A DNA stretch of 64,000 bases from Squalus acanthias (taxonomy: Eukaryota): contig CM059441.1 in the NCBI GenBank assembly GCA_030390025.1, positions 62,310,001-62,374,000 of the forward strand, written 5' to 3'. Shown one piece after another: positions 25,517 to 37,140 of this stretch. The translations under genes and the position numbers were made by a program. The notes beneath the pieces are model-generated. The model did not search any database, was not told the DNA's origin, and saw only the letters and a program-made list of their open reading frames with translations. Numbering within the stretch: the stretch's first letter is position 1; every line of letters begins with the position of its first letter.

Positions 25517-25798
25517 ACGCACCACGGAATCTCTCAATTACTTCCCTTGATACGATTAAAGATTCATCGATCAATATAAAAGAAGGGAATTCTGCAGTGA
25601 TACTCTGCTCTGTCACAAGCTTCCCAGCTTCTAACCTGACATGGCGACATCTTGGTCTCACAATGAACAGAACAACATCCAACAATGAGCTGTGGTTGGA
25701 GTTTGCTAATGTTACATCCAGGATCACTGGAGACTATCAGTGTGTGGCTGAGAATGAACATGGAGCAGTGGGGAGGACCATAACCATCACTGTGGAAC
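25517..25798 (+). CDS. Siglec-like gene exon 5a: C2-set Ig domain 3 (copy 1)
   Basis: 282 nt, phase 1-1, poly-T tract then AG / GTGAGT. HAPRNLSI...ILCSVTSFPASNLTW...GDYQCVAENEHG. Confidence 0.9.
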
Positions 25799-25846
25799 GT
25801 GAGTGTACAGATACTTTCACATCTCTCTAAATGCAAAAAAAATAAT

Positions 25847-26593
25847 GGCCCGTAATTTCCGACAGGAGACTTCCTGCGTGCGGATGCCTCCTATCGGAAA
25901 AAATCTACGCTCTTACCTGAGGGCTCCCGAGGTCCAGACACTTCCAATCCTGGGCCTGTCCACAGTCGAAATGTGCAGGGCCCACGTATCCCAGGAGCGC
26001 AGGCGGTTCGCAAGCGTCCCTGGGATCACGTGGGCCAGGCCAGCCAATAGGAGAAGGGAATCTCCCTTCATACTTTTGACAGATAGACCCGTCAAAAGTA
26101 TGAATGGGGATCACTGAAAAAAGACACTGAAACATTAAATAAATTTTAAAAAAACAATCATGTTTTTAAAATGAGTTAAAATTACATTAAATTAAATATT
26201 TTAAAGAAAAATTTCAACTTTTTGAAAAAAAATAATTAACGTTTTTTACGGGGCTAAAAATAAACTTACCTTTTTTTAAAAGTATTTTAAAATTATAAAT
26301 GAGTGAAAAAAACTTTTTTTAAAACCTTTTTTTCAACTCTTATGCTGCTAAAAGCAGGCCTTACGCTTTTTCCAGGCGTAAGATTTCTAAGGGTTTTCTG
26401 CGGGCGGAGGTTCTCCAGAAAGCGGAACTCTCCCCCCACAGAGGACCTTCTCTAGGGCAGGTGTCCGATCTGTCAAGCGCATTCTTGATAGATCGGAAAT
26501 GCCGGTTTTCAGCGCATGCGCTTCACATTTCCGATGTCCCTACGGGTGTGAACACAGTGCGTAAACACCCATAGGAATTGGAAACTATGGGCC
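25847..26593. mobile_element. Harbinger-type MITE (duplicated at ~28839-29593)
   Basis: TIR GGCCCGTAATTTCC / GGAAACTATGGGCC, TSD AAT; same family as 59385-60123. Confidence 0.8.
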
Positions 26594-27009
26594 AATATCT
26601 ATGGGAGACTGTGGAATTTACCAAGCCTATGACACACACTCACACGCACATAAACACACACATACACGCTCTTTCTCTCCTCTCTCTCCTTCTTTAAGAC
26701 GACCTTTGAAACCTACCTCTTTAACCAAGTTTTGGTCACCTGTCTTAATATCTCCTTATGTGGCTCAGTGTCAATTTTTGACTGAGCATCTTAAAGGAGG
26801 AGGGAGAGGCGGAGAGGCTTAGGGAGGGAATTCCAGAGCTTAAGGCCTAGTCGGCTGAAGCCACAGCAATCAATGGTGGAGCGAAGGGAATCGGGGATGC
26901 ACAACAGGCCAGAATTGGAGGAATGCAGAGATCTCAGAAGTTTGTCAGGCCGGAGGAGATTAAAGAGATAGAAAGGGGGTGAGGGCCATGGAGGGAACTG
27001 AACACGAGG

Positions 27010-27737
27010 GACTTTATGTGGGACTTATGTGGGACTTTATCAAAGGCCTTCTGAAAATCCAAATACACCACATCTACTGGTTCTCCCTTATCTATTCTAA
27101 CAGTTACATCCTCAAAAAACTCCAGTAGGTTTGTCAAACACGATTTCCCTTTCATAAATCCATGTTGACTTTGTCTAATCCCGTTGATATTTTCTAAGTG
27201 TCCTGTTATCACATCCTTTATAATAGACTCTAGCATTTTCCCTACTACTGATGTTAGTCTGTAGTTCCTTGTTTTCTCTCTCCCTCCTTTTTAAATAGTG
27301 TGGTTACATTTGCCACCCTCCAATCTGCAGGAACTGTTCCATAATCTATAGAATTTTGGAAGATGACAAACAATGCATCCACTATTTCCATGGCTACCTC
27401 TTTTAGTACTCTGGGATGTGGATTATCCGGCCCTGGGGATTTATCAGCTTGCAGTTTCATTAATTTCTCCAGCACTATTTTTTTACTAATACTAATTTCC
27501 TATAATTCCTCCTTCTCATTAGACCCTTGTTTCCCTAGCATTTCTGGGAAGTTATTTGTGTCCTCTTCCGTGAAGACAGAACCAAAGTATTTGTTTAATT
27601 GCTCCGCCATTTCCTTGTTCCCCATTATAAATTCTCCCACAACTGACTGTAAGGGTCCTACATTTGTCTTCACTAATCTTTTTTTTTTTACATGTAGAAG
27701 CTTTTACATTCCGCTTTTATGTCCCTTGCAACTACCT
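27010..27737 (-). mobile_element. Internal CR1 ORF2 fragment at the duplication junction
   Basis: KSPGPD...QHGF...AFDKVPHK; lacks both the 5' end and the 3' tail. Confidence 0.9.
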
Positions 27738-30009
27738 CACCCAGAGTACATTCTGTGCCCTAGTGACCCTCAATTCTTCTTCAAAGTGGTGTTCAACATG
27801 GAGGAGTACTGATTCATCAGCTGAGGGAGGGCTGTAGGTGGTAATCAGCAGGAAGTTTCCTTGCCCATGTTTGACCTGAAGCCATGAGACTTCATGAGGT
27901 CCGGAGTCAATGTTGAGGACTGCCAGGGACACTCCCTCCCGACTGTATACCACTGTGCCGCCACCTCTGGTGGGTCTGTCCTGTTGCTGGGATAGGACAT
28001 ACCCAAGGATGGTGATGGAGGAGTCTGGGACATTGGCTGAAAGATATGATTCTGTGAGTATGACTATGTCAGCTGTTGCTTGACAAGTCTGTGGGACAGG
28101 TCTCCCAATTTTGGCACAAGGCCCCAGATCTTAGTGAGGAGGACTTTGCAGGGTCCAGATCACATGTTTTTATTGATAAATGTTGATCAGGACACTGGGG
28201 AGAACACTTCTTTGAATAGTGTCACGGGATCGTTTATGTCCATCTGAGAGCGGAGACGGGGCCTCAGTTTAACATGTCATGCGAAAGTTGGCACCTCCAA
28301 ACAGTGCAGCACTCCCTTAGTACTGCCCCCCGACACTGCAGCACTTCCTCAGTACTGCCCCCCGACATTGCAGCATTTCCCCGGTACTACCCCTCCGACA
28401 GGTCAGCGCTCCCTCAGTACTGCAGTAAATTGTCTGCCTGGATTACGTGCTTTGTGATGAAGAAAGTTGCATTGATATAACAGTTAGCTGATCTTTATTT
28501 TTTTTTAGATGCACCACGGAATCTCTCAATTACTTCCCTTGATACGATTAAAGATTCATCGATCAATATAAAAGAAGGGAATTCTGCAGTGATACTCTGC
28601 TCGGTCAGAAGCATCCCAGCTTCGAACCTGACATGGCGACATCTTGGTCTCACAATGAACAGAACAACATCCAACAATGAGCTGTGGTTGGAGTTTGCTA
28701 ATGTTACATCCAGGATCACTGGAGACTATCAGTGTGTGGCTGAGAATGAACATGGAGCAGTGGAGAGGACCATAACCATCACTGTGGAACGTGAGTGTAC
28801 AGATACTTCCACATCTCTCTAAATACAAAAAAAATAATGGCCCGTAATTTCCGACAGGAAGCTTCCTGCGTGCGGATGCCTCCTATCGGAAAAAAATCTA
28901 CGCTCTTACCTGAGGGCTCCCGAAGTCGGGACACTTCCGATCCTGGGCCTGTCCACAGTCGAAATGCGCAGGGCCCACGTATCCCAGGGGCACAGGCGGT
29001 TCGCAAGCGTCCCTGGGATCACGTGGGCCAGGGCAGCCAATAGGAGAAGGGAATCTCCCTTCATACATTTGACAGATAGACCCGTCAAAAGTATGAATGG
29101 AGATCACCCCAAAAGACACTAAAACATTAAATACATTTTTAAAAAACCATCACGTTTTTAAAATGAGTTAAAATTACATTAAATTAAATATTTTAAACAA
29201 AAATTTAATTTTTTGAAAAAAATAATTTAAGTTTTTTACGGGGCTAAAACTAAACTTACCTTTTTTAAAAGTATTTTAAAATTATAAATGAGTGAAAAAA
29301 TTTTTTTTAACTTCTTTTCAACTCTTATGCTGGTAAAAGCAGGCCTTACACTTTTTTCACGCATAAGATTTCTAAGGGTTTTCTGTGGGCGGAGTTTCTG
29401 CAGAAAGCGGAACTCTCCCCCCGCAGAGGCCCTTCTCCAGGGCAGGCGTCCGATCTGTCTAGAGCATTCTTGACAGATCGGAAATGCTGATTTTCAGTGC
29501 ATCCGCTTCGCATGCCTGAAACCGGCATTTCCGATGTCCCTGCGGGTGTGTACACAGCACATACACACCCTTAGGCGACGGAAAATACGGGCCAATATCT
29601 AATGGAGACTGTGCAATTTACCAAGCCTATGACACACACTCACACGCATATAAACACACTCATACACTCTCTGTCTCTCCTCTCTCTCCATCTTTAAGAT
29701 GACCTTTGAAACCTACCTCTTTTACCAAGCTTTCGGTCACCTGTCTGAATATCTCCTTATGTGGCTCGGTGTCAATTTTTGACTGAGCGTCTTAAAGGAG
29801 GAGAGAGAGGCGGAGAGGCTTAGGGAGGGAATTCCAGAGTTAAGGCCTAGACAGCTGAAGGCACAGCCGTCAATGGTGGAGCGAAGGGAATCGGAGATGC
29901 ACAACAGGCCAGAATTGGAGGAATGCAGAGATCTCGGAAGGTTGTCGGACCGGAGGAGATTAAAGAGATAGGAAGGGGGCGAGGGCCATGGAGGGAACTG
30001 AACACGAGG
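27738..30009 (+). repeat. Segmental tandem duplication, copy 2 (contains exon 5b)
   Basis: Starts CACCCAGAGTACATTC and ends AACACGAGG, as does copy 1. Confidence 0.95.
28509..28790 (+). CDS. Siglec-like gene exon 5b: C2-set Ig domain 4 (tandem duplicate of exon 5a)
   Basis: 282 nt, intact splice sites, open frame; 6 nt differences from exon 5a. Confidence 0.85.
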
Positions 30010-30211
30010 ATGAGAAATTTAAATTCGAAGTGTTTCCGGACTGGGAGCCAATGTAGGTCAGCGAGCAACAGGGGGTAATGGGTGAGCGGAACTTAGGACA
30101 TGTGGCAGCAGGGTTTTCAGATTAATTGTAGTTTACAGAGGGTTGAAGATGGGAGAGCCGTCCAGGAGAGAGTTGGACTTACCTGCTGACTCTCCTCTGG
30201 TCTTGTTCCAG

Positions 30212-30487
30212 ATCCACCCAAGGAGACGACAGTGGCCATCAGCGGAGCCACGGGCGGAATAAGAGAGGGAGACAACATCATGTTAACCTGCTCCAGTGAA
30301 AGCGTCCCTCCGGCATCTAGTTACGCCTGGTTCAGGGTCGACGGAAACACGACCACTCAGTTAAACACAAGTGCTCGGTCCATCTACTCCGGTCACCTAA
30401 CACGGGCGAATGATGCCGGTTTCTATTGCACAGCGAGGAACCCATTGGGTAACGGCACGTCCACCATTGTACACCTGAGTGTGGAAT
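30212..30487 (+). CDS. Siglec-like gene exon 6: C2-set Ig domain
   Basis: 276 nt, phase 1-1, ttgttccag / GTAAGT. HPPKETTVAI...MLTCSSESVPPASSYAWF...DAGFYCTARNPLG. Confidence 0.92.
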
Positions 30488-30684
30488 GTAAGTAGTTTAC
30501 TCTATCTGACTCTTATTTAAACTCAGGCACTTCCTGTCTGTGAAAAGCTTACTTCTTGTCGTCACATTTCCAGTGTGCACTTTTCTCGTTATGTCCGGTG
30601 TCCACAGTTATAATGGTAACTGCCTATGTTAATGTCACACTTAATTCTTGCGTGCTGGACCGGTTCCTGATTGGGCCAGGGATC

Positions 30685-31880
30685 CTAGAATCATAAAATG
30701 ATACAGCACAATCGGAAGCCATTCTTTGAAAGAGCTATCCAATTAGTTCCACTCTCTTTCCTCATAGCCCTGCAAAATTTTGCCACTTCTAATACTTATC
30801 CAATTATCTTTGGAAAGTTACAATTGGATCTGCTTTCACTGCCTTTCGAGATCTTAACAACTGCCGAAAAAAAAATTCTTCTCATCTCACCACTGGTTCT
30901 TTTGCCAACTACCTTAAATCTCTGTCCTTTGGTTAAAACCCTTCTGCCATTGGAAACAGTTTCTCCTTATTTACTCTGTTAAAACCCTTCATGATTTAAA
31001 CACCTCTATTAAATCTCCCCTTAACCGTCTCTGCTGTAAGGGGAACAACCCCAGCTTCTCCAGTTTCTCCACGTAACGGAACTCCCTCATCCCTGGTACC
31101 ATAGAGTCATAGAATCATAGAAATTTACGGCAGAGAGGAGGCCATTCGGCCTATACTGTCTGCGCCGGCCTAAAAAGAGCTATCTAGTCTAATCCCACTT
31201 TCTAGCTCTGGGTCCGTAGCCTTGTAGGTTACAGCAGTTCAGGTGCATATCCAAGTTCTTTTTAAATGTGATGAGGGGTTCTGCCTCTACCATCCTTTCA
31301 GTCAGTGAGTTCCAGACCCCCACCACCCTCTAGGTGAAAAGAATTCTCCTCAACTCCCCTCTATTACTTTAAATCTATGCCCCATGTTTATTGACCTTGC
31401 TGCTAAGGGAAATAAGTCCTTCCTATCCACTCTATCTGGGCCCCTCATAATTTTATACACTACAATTAAATCTCCCCTCAGCTTTCTCTGTTCCAAAGAT
31501 AACAACCCCAGCCTATCCAATCTTTCCTCATAGCTAAAATTCTCCAGTTCTGGCAACATCCTCTTCAATTTCCTCTGTACCTTCTGTAGTGTAATCACAT
31601 TGTTCCTGTATTGTGGTGACCAGAACTGTACGCAGTACTCTAGCTGTGGCCTAACTCGTGTTTTATACGTTTCTAGCATAACCTCCCTGCTCTTATATTC
31701 GATGCCTCTGTTAGTAAATCTCTTCTGCACCCTCTCTAAGGCCTTCCTAAAGCATGTGGTGACCAGAATTGGACACAATATTCTAGCTGAGGCCGAACCA
31801 ATGATTTACCAGAGGTTTAGCAATAATGTCCTTGCTTCTGTACTTTCTGCCTCTATTTATAAAGCCAAGGATCTCATCAT
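30685..31880 (-). mobile_element. Nested CR1 3' fragments
   Basis: VRPQLEYCVQFWSP remnants and two tagaatca-type tails. Confidence 0.8.
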
Positions 31881-32234
31881 ATAGAGATGAAGTGGATTAA
31901 CAGATAATGCACGGTCCTTGCGATCTCCTGTACTGGCTTTCGATCGCCTGAGGGTGTTAGAGAGGAGTTTCCCAGCGTATTTTCTTTCCCTTATTGGCCC
32001 TGGGATTTTATCTCTGAATTTTAAGTCTCTCCCAGGAGATTACATGTCTGTGGGGGGAACGAGGAGGATGAAGTGTCTAGGCATGAGGCTCCAGACATCA
32101 TGAGCGTCTGGGGGTGGGGGTCGGTGGGGTGGGGGGAACTGATGGACCAGCTGGGGTCTCGCTGCCCACCCCACCTCCCCGGTCATTATCGTACGAAACG
32201 CGCTGATGCTGGGTGAGGTGCCCGCATCGTTACA

Positions 32235-32820
32235 ACAGCAACAACTTGCATTTATATAGCGCCTTTAACATACTAAAATGTCCCACGGCACTTCACAGAA
32301 GCGTTATCAGACAAATTTGATAGCAAACCACATAAGGGGATATTAGGGCAGATGACCAAAAGCTTGGTCAAAGAGATAGGTTTTAAGGAGCGTCTAAAGG
32401 AAAGAGAGAAAGACGCAGAGAGGTTTAGGGAGGGAATTCCAGAGCTTAGTGCCTAGGTAGCTGAAGGCACAGCCGCCAATGGTGGAGCGGTTAAAATCGG
32501 GGATGAGCAGAAGGCCAGAATTGGAGGAGCGCAGAGATCTCGGAGAGTTGTAGAACTGGATGATGTTACAGAGATAGGGAGGGGCGAGGCCATGGAGGGA
32601 TTTGAAAACAAGATTGAGAATTTTAATATCGAGGCGGAGGTGGACCGGGAGCCAATGTAGGGCAGCAAGCACAGGGGTGATGGGTGAATGAGACTTGGTG
32701 CGAGTTAGGATACAGGGCAGCAGAATTTTGGATGAGCTCAAGTTTACGGAGGGTGGAAGATATGAGGCCGGCCAGGATTGCATTGGAATAGTCAAGTCTA
32801 GAGGTAAGAAGAGGGTTTCA
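32235..32820 (-). mobile_element. L2-clade LINE 3' fragment
   Basis: ITPVLAALHWLPV...SLHGLAPPYL...LWNSLP; tail ending tatataaatgcaagttgttg. Confidence 0.85.
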
Positions 32821-32890
32821 GTGTTAGGATTCTATCTTACGGTCTAACAGTGCTACGACATTGCCTAATTTGTTGTTCTTACTCCCTCAG

Positions 32891-33184
32891 ATAAGCCAGA
32901 GATTTCCCGGGAGTCGGAATGCACACGGACGGCCAAGGGTGTCACCTGCCTCTGCGTGGCCAGATCCAACCCGCCCGGAGACCTCACCTGGCACCTTCCC
33001 CTCGCTAACGTCAGCGCCAAGCAAACAAGCGGCCATTTCGTGACGTGGCGGGTCAGCGACGGGCAGCTGGTGAATGGCTCCCTGACCTTGACGGGTCGCG
33101 AGGGTGAGGAGGAAGCGACGGTCTTCTGCTCAGTTAGAAACCAGCATGGAGAAGCCATGTTCAAGGTGTACCTGTGGGCCAAAG
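32891..33184 (+). CDS. Siglec-like gene exon 7: membrane-proximal Ig domain (MAG Ig5/CD33-related type, CxC motif)
   Basis: 294 nt, phase 1-1, actccctcag / GTGAGA. YKPEISRESECTRTAKGVTCLCVARSNPPGDLTW...FCSVRNQHG. Confidence 0.92.
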
Positions 33185-33349
33185 GTGAGAGCAGTTTTCA
33201 CGATCGCTCTCAATTCAGGTGCCTAGATCCTTAAGTTCTGGAATTCCCTCCCTCAACCTCTCCGCCTCTCTCTCTCCACTTCCTTTAAGACGCTCCTTTA
33301 AAGCTATCTCTTTGACCAAGGTTTTGGTCATCTGTCCTAATGTGATATG

Positions 33350-35300
33350 TGATAAGGGCATCTTCATAAAGGTTGACAGGGTAGATAGAGAGAAACCATT
33401 TACCCTGTTGGGGGGAGTCCAGAACTAGGGGGCATAACCTTAAAATTAGAGCTAGGCCGTTCATGGGTGATGTCAGAAGCACTTCTTCACACAAAGGTTA
33501 GTGGAAATCTGGAACGCTCTCCCCCAAAGAGATATTGATCTCGGGGGTCAATTGAAAATGAAAATAGGCTGCACAAACTCGGGTTATATTGAAGTACTGT
33601 GTTCAGTTCTGAGCACCACAATTTAGGAAGGATATATTGGCCTTGGAGGGATTGCAGTGTAGATTTACCAGAATGAAACCTGGAATCAAAGGGTTATCTT
33701 ACGAGGATAGGTTACACAAACTAGGGTTGTATTCCCTGGAATTTAGATGGTTAGGGGTAATTTGATTGAAGTTTTCAAGATATTCTGTGGAACAGACAGG
33801 GTAGATAGAGAGAAACTATTTCCGCTGGTTGGGGAGTCCAGGACTAGAGGACATAGCCTAAAAATTAGAGCCAGGCCTTCAAGGAGTGAAGTTAGGAAAC
33901 ACTTTAACACACACAAAGGGTGGTCGAAGTTTGGAACTCTCTTCTGCAAATGGTCAATTGTTATTTTTAAATCTGAGATTGATAGAATTTTGTTAACCCA
34001 AGGTATTAAAGATATAGGGCAAGGCAGGTATATGGAGGTAGGGCACAGATCAGCCATGATCTCGTTGAATGGCAAAAAAAGCTCAAGGGGATGAATGACC
34101 TGCTCCTGTTCCTATGTTCCTTCCTATGGTCCTATGTGGCTCGGTGTCAAATTTTGTCTGATTTATGCTCCTGTGAAGCACCTTGGGAAGTTTTACTATG
34201 TTAAAGGTGCTATATAAATGCAAGTTGTTGTTGTCTGATACAAATCAGCTGATTGTTGCATCACTTAGAGCAGAATTGTCCCAGGGATGAGGGATTTCAG
34301 TTACAGGGAGAGACTGGAGAAGATGGGGTTGTTCTCTTTAGAGCAGAGAAGATTAGGGGAGATTTAATAGAGGTGTTCAAAATCATGAAGGGTTTTGATA
34401 GAGTAGATAGGGAGAAACTGGAGGCTGACTAATATTACATCTTTAGATATTACATATATAGTTATTACATAAATTGATTTTATACATAAATGTTTCACAG
34501 TAAAGGAAGACTTACATTTATATAATGCTTATATAGTCCCAAAACACTTTACAGCCAATGAAGTACTTTTGAAGTATAGTCACTGTTGTAGTGTAGGAAA
34601 CATGATCGCAAATTTGCGCACAGCAAGATCCCACAAACAGCAACGTGATAATCACCAAATAATCTGTTATTTTAGTAATGTTATATATATAAACATATAT
34701 AGATATTACATATATAAAATGGTTCACTAATATTTCTTTAGAGAATGTACCTTGCTGTCATTACCCCGTCTGGGCCTATATGTGACTCCAGTCCCACACC
34801 AACGTGGTTGACGCTTAACTACCCTCTGAAGTGGCCACTCAGTTTGTATCAAACCAACTACCAGCACCTCATGGAATCATAGAATCATAGAATCGTTACA
34901 GCACAGTAAGAGGTCATTCGGCCCATCGAGCCAGTGTCTGCTCTCTGCAAGAGCACTTCAGCTAGTCCCCATCCTCCGTCCTCTCCCGTAGCTCTGCAAA
35001 TTTTTTTCATTCATTTACTTACCTAATTCCCTTTTGAAAACCATGATTGAATTTGCTTCCACCACCCTTTCAGGCAGTGCATTCCAGATCATAACCACTC
35101 ACTGCGTAAAAAAGTTTTTTCTCATGTCGCCTTTGGATCTTCTGCCAATCGCCTTAAATCTATGTCCTCTGGTTCTCGACCCTTCTGCCAATGGGAACAG
35201 TTTCTGTCTATCTACTCTGTCCCACCCCCTCATGATTTTGAACACCTCTATCAAACTCCTCTCAACCTTCTCTGCTCTAAGGAGAGCAACCCCAGCTTCA
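33350..35300. mobile_element. Cluster of CR1, L2 and SINE fragments in both orientations
   Basis: Repeated RGDLIEVFKIM.G.DRVDREKLFPL remnants at 33747, 34340 and 35099. Confidence 0.75.
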
Positions 35301-35484
35301 AGAAGATGTCCCACCACCACCTTCTCAAGGGACAGCTAGGGTAGGGCAATAAATGTCGGCCTTGCCAGCGGTGACCACATCCCGAGAATGAATTGCCAAA
35401 AATTGAGCGAGTGCTTCACTTCTCGAGGTACATCGGAGCATTGTTCTAAAACTGTACTGCAGTAATTAATGGCTGTTTTTACAG

Positions 35485-35581
35485 GTAGAGACTCCAATAA
35501 ATGGCAAGTAGGATTGCTTGTAGCTGGGATCATGTTGAGTGTTGAACTGGCTGGATTCTTAACCTTCAAGTGCATGAGAAA
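35485..35581 (+). CDS. Siglec-like gene exon 8: transmembrane segment GRDSNKWQVGLLVAGIMLSVELAGFLTFKCMRK
   Basis: 97 nt, phase 1-2, gtttttacag / GTAAGT. Hydrophobic stretch followed by basic stop-transfer residues. Too short for the ORF track; translated by hand. Confidence 0.85.
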
Positions 35582-35949
35582 GTAAGTGCGAAGGTTTAAC
35601 TTTTTTTTTTATCAAAGTCTTTACTTCAATCTTCCCTCCTTAAGTCAGTGATTGGTTAAGCACCAGACGCCACTCCCATAAGTGATCCCTGTGTCCCCTA
35701 CAATCTGGAGTGTGTCTTTCACGGCCCAGTATCCAGGTGAACGCTAACGAGACCCAGAGATCCCTCACTATGCACGCTGGCTGCTGGATTGTATCAGGTC
35801 ATCTTGTGATTCGACAACACCACAGGGACCACATTTCGATAAACAATTGATTGTCTGTGGAGCACTGTGGGATGTCCTGAGGATGTGAATAAATTCCTGC
35901 ACATTCGTATGTTCTATTTCTCTCTGATTTAGATTCACAAGTATGATAC

Positions 35950-36750
35950 CAGTACTGAGAGGTTATAACGATCAGGAAAGACTGAACAGGCTGGGGCACT
36001 TTTCTTTAAAAAAGAGAAGACTGAGGGGCGACCTGATCGAGGTCTTTATGATTATGAAGGGGTTTGATAGGGTAGATGTAGAGAAGATGTTTCCACTTGT
36101 GGGGTAGACTAAAACTAGGGGTCATCAATAGTCGCTAATAAATCCAATCGGGAATTCAGGAGAAACTCTTTACCTAGAGAGTGGTGAGAATGTGGAACAC
36201 ATGGAGTGGTTGAGGCTAATAGCGTAGATGCATTTAAGGGGAAGCTAGATAAGTACATGAGGGAAACATGAATAGAAGGATATGTTGATAGGGTTAAATG
36301 AAGAGGGATGGGAGGAGGCTCTTGTGGAGGATAAATCCGGCATGGACCAGTTGAGCCAGTTAAGGGGAGATTCAACAGAGGCGTTCAAAATCATGAGGGG
36401 TTTTGATAGAGTAAATAAGGAGAAACTGTTTCCACTGGCAGGAGGGTCGGTAACCAGAGGACACAGATTTACCGTCACTGGCAAAAAAGCCAGAGAGGTA
36501 GATGAGGAAAAATATTTTTACACAGCGAGTTGTTCTGATCGGGAATGCACTGCCTGAAAGGGCGGTGGACGCAGATTCAATAGCAACTTTCAAAAAGGGA
36601 TTTGGATAAATACTTGAAAAGGAAACATTTTCTGGGCTATGGGGAAAGAGCAGGGGGCAGTGGGATTAATTGGAGAGCTCCTTCAAAGACCCAGCACAGG
36701 CACGATGGGCCGAATGGCCTCTTTCTGTGCTGTGTGATTCTATGATTCAA
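35950..36750 (+). mobile_element. Two tandem CR1 3' fragments
   Basis: ORF2 C-terminal remnants; tail gattctatgatt at ~36740. Confidence 0.8.
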
Positions 36751-36878
36751 TGTATGTGGACAGAAGCGATTTAAAGAAACAGCCCAGTAGTTGCTGTAAT
36801 GTTACAGTGGGGTCTGGGTCTGTCCTGCACTGACACGCTGATATATGATAACCACAGTGCGATATTCTGCTATTTCAG

Positions 36879-36957
36879 GAGAAAGGCAGCGACTGAGAGA
36901 GATTCACAGACCAGTGACATTGCAATGACCGACTGTCCACTCTCCGCACAGCACCAG
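36879..36957 (+). CDS. Siglec-like gene exon 9: juxtamembrane cytoplasmic exon (RKAATERDSQTSDIAMTDCPLSAQHQ)
   Basis: 79 nt, phase 2-0, tatttcag / CAG|GTACAG; phase bridges the TM exon and the last exon exactly. Confidence 0.8.
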
Positions 36958-37140
36958 GTACAGGAATTGTTTCCGTTTAGACCGAAGCCTCAATCTCAGC
37001 GTGTAGACAACACGTGTCGGAGATTCCCAGTTGGGTTGTCCATTAATTTCTGCCTATGGTGTCAGCCGTGGCTCAGTGGGTTTAGCACTCTCTCTCTCGC
37101 CTCTGAGTCAGAAGGTCGTGGGTTCGAAGTCCCACTCATT

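Larger units (their letters stand above)
24745..27009 (+). repeat. Segmental tandem duplication, copy 1 (contains exon 5a)
   Basis: Colinear high identity with 27738-30009, including the same LINE, SINE, MITE and L2 fragments. Confidence 0.95.
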
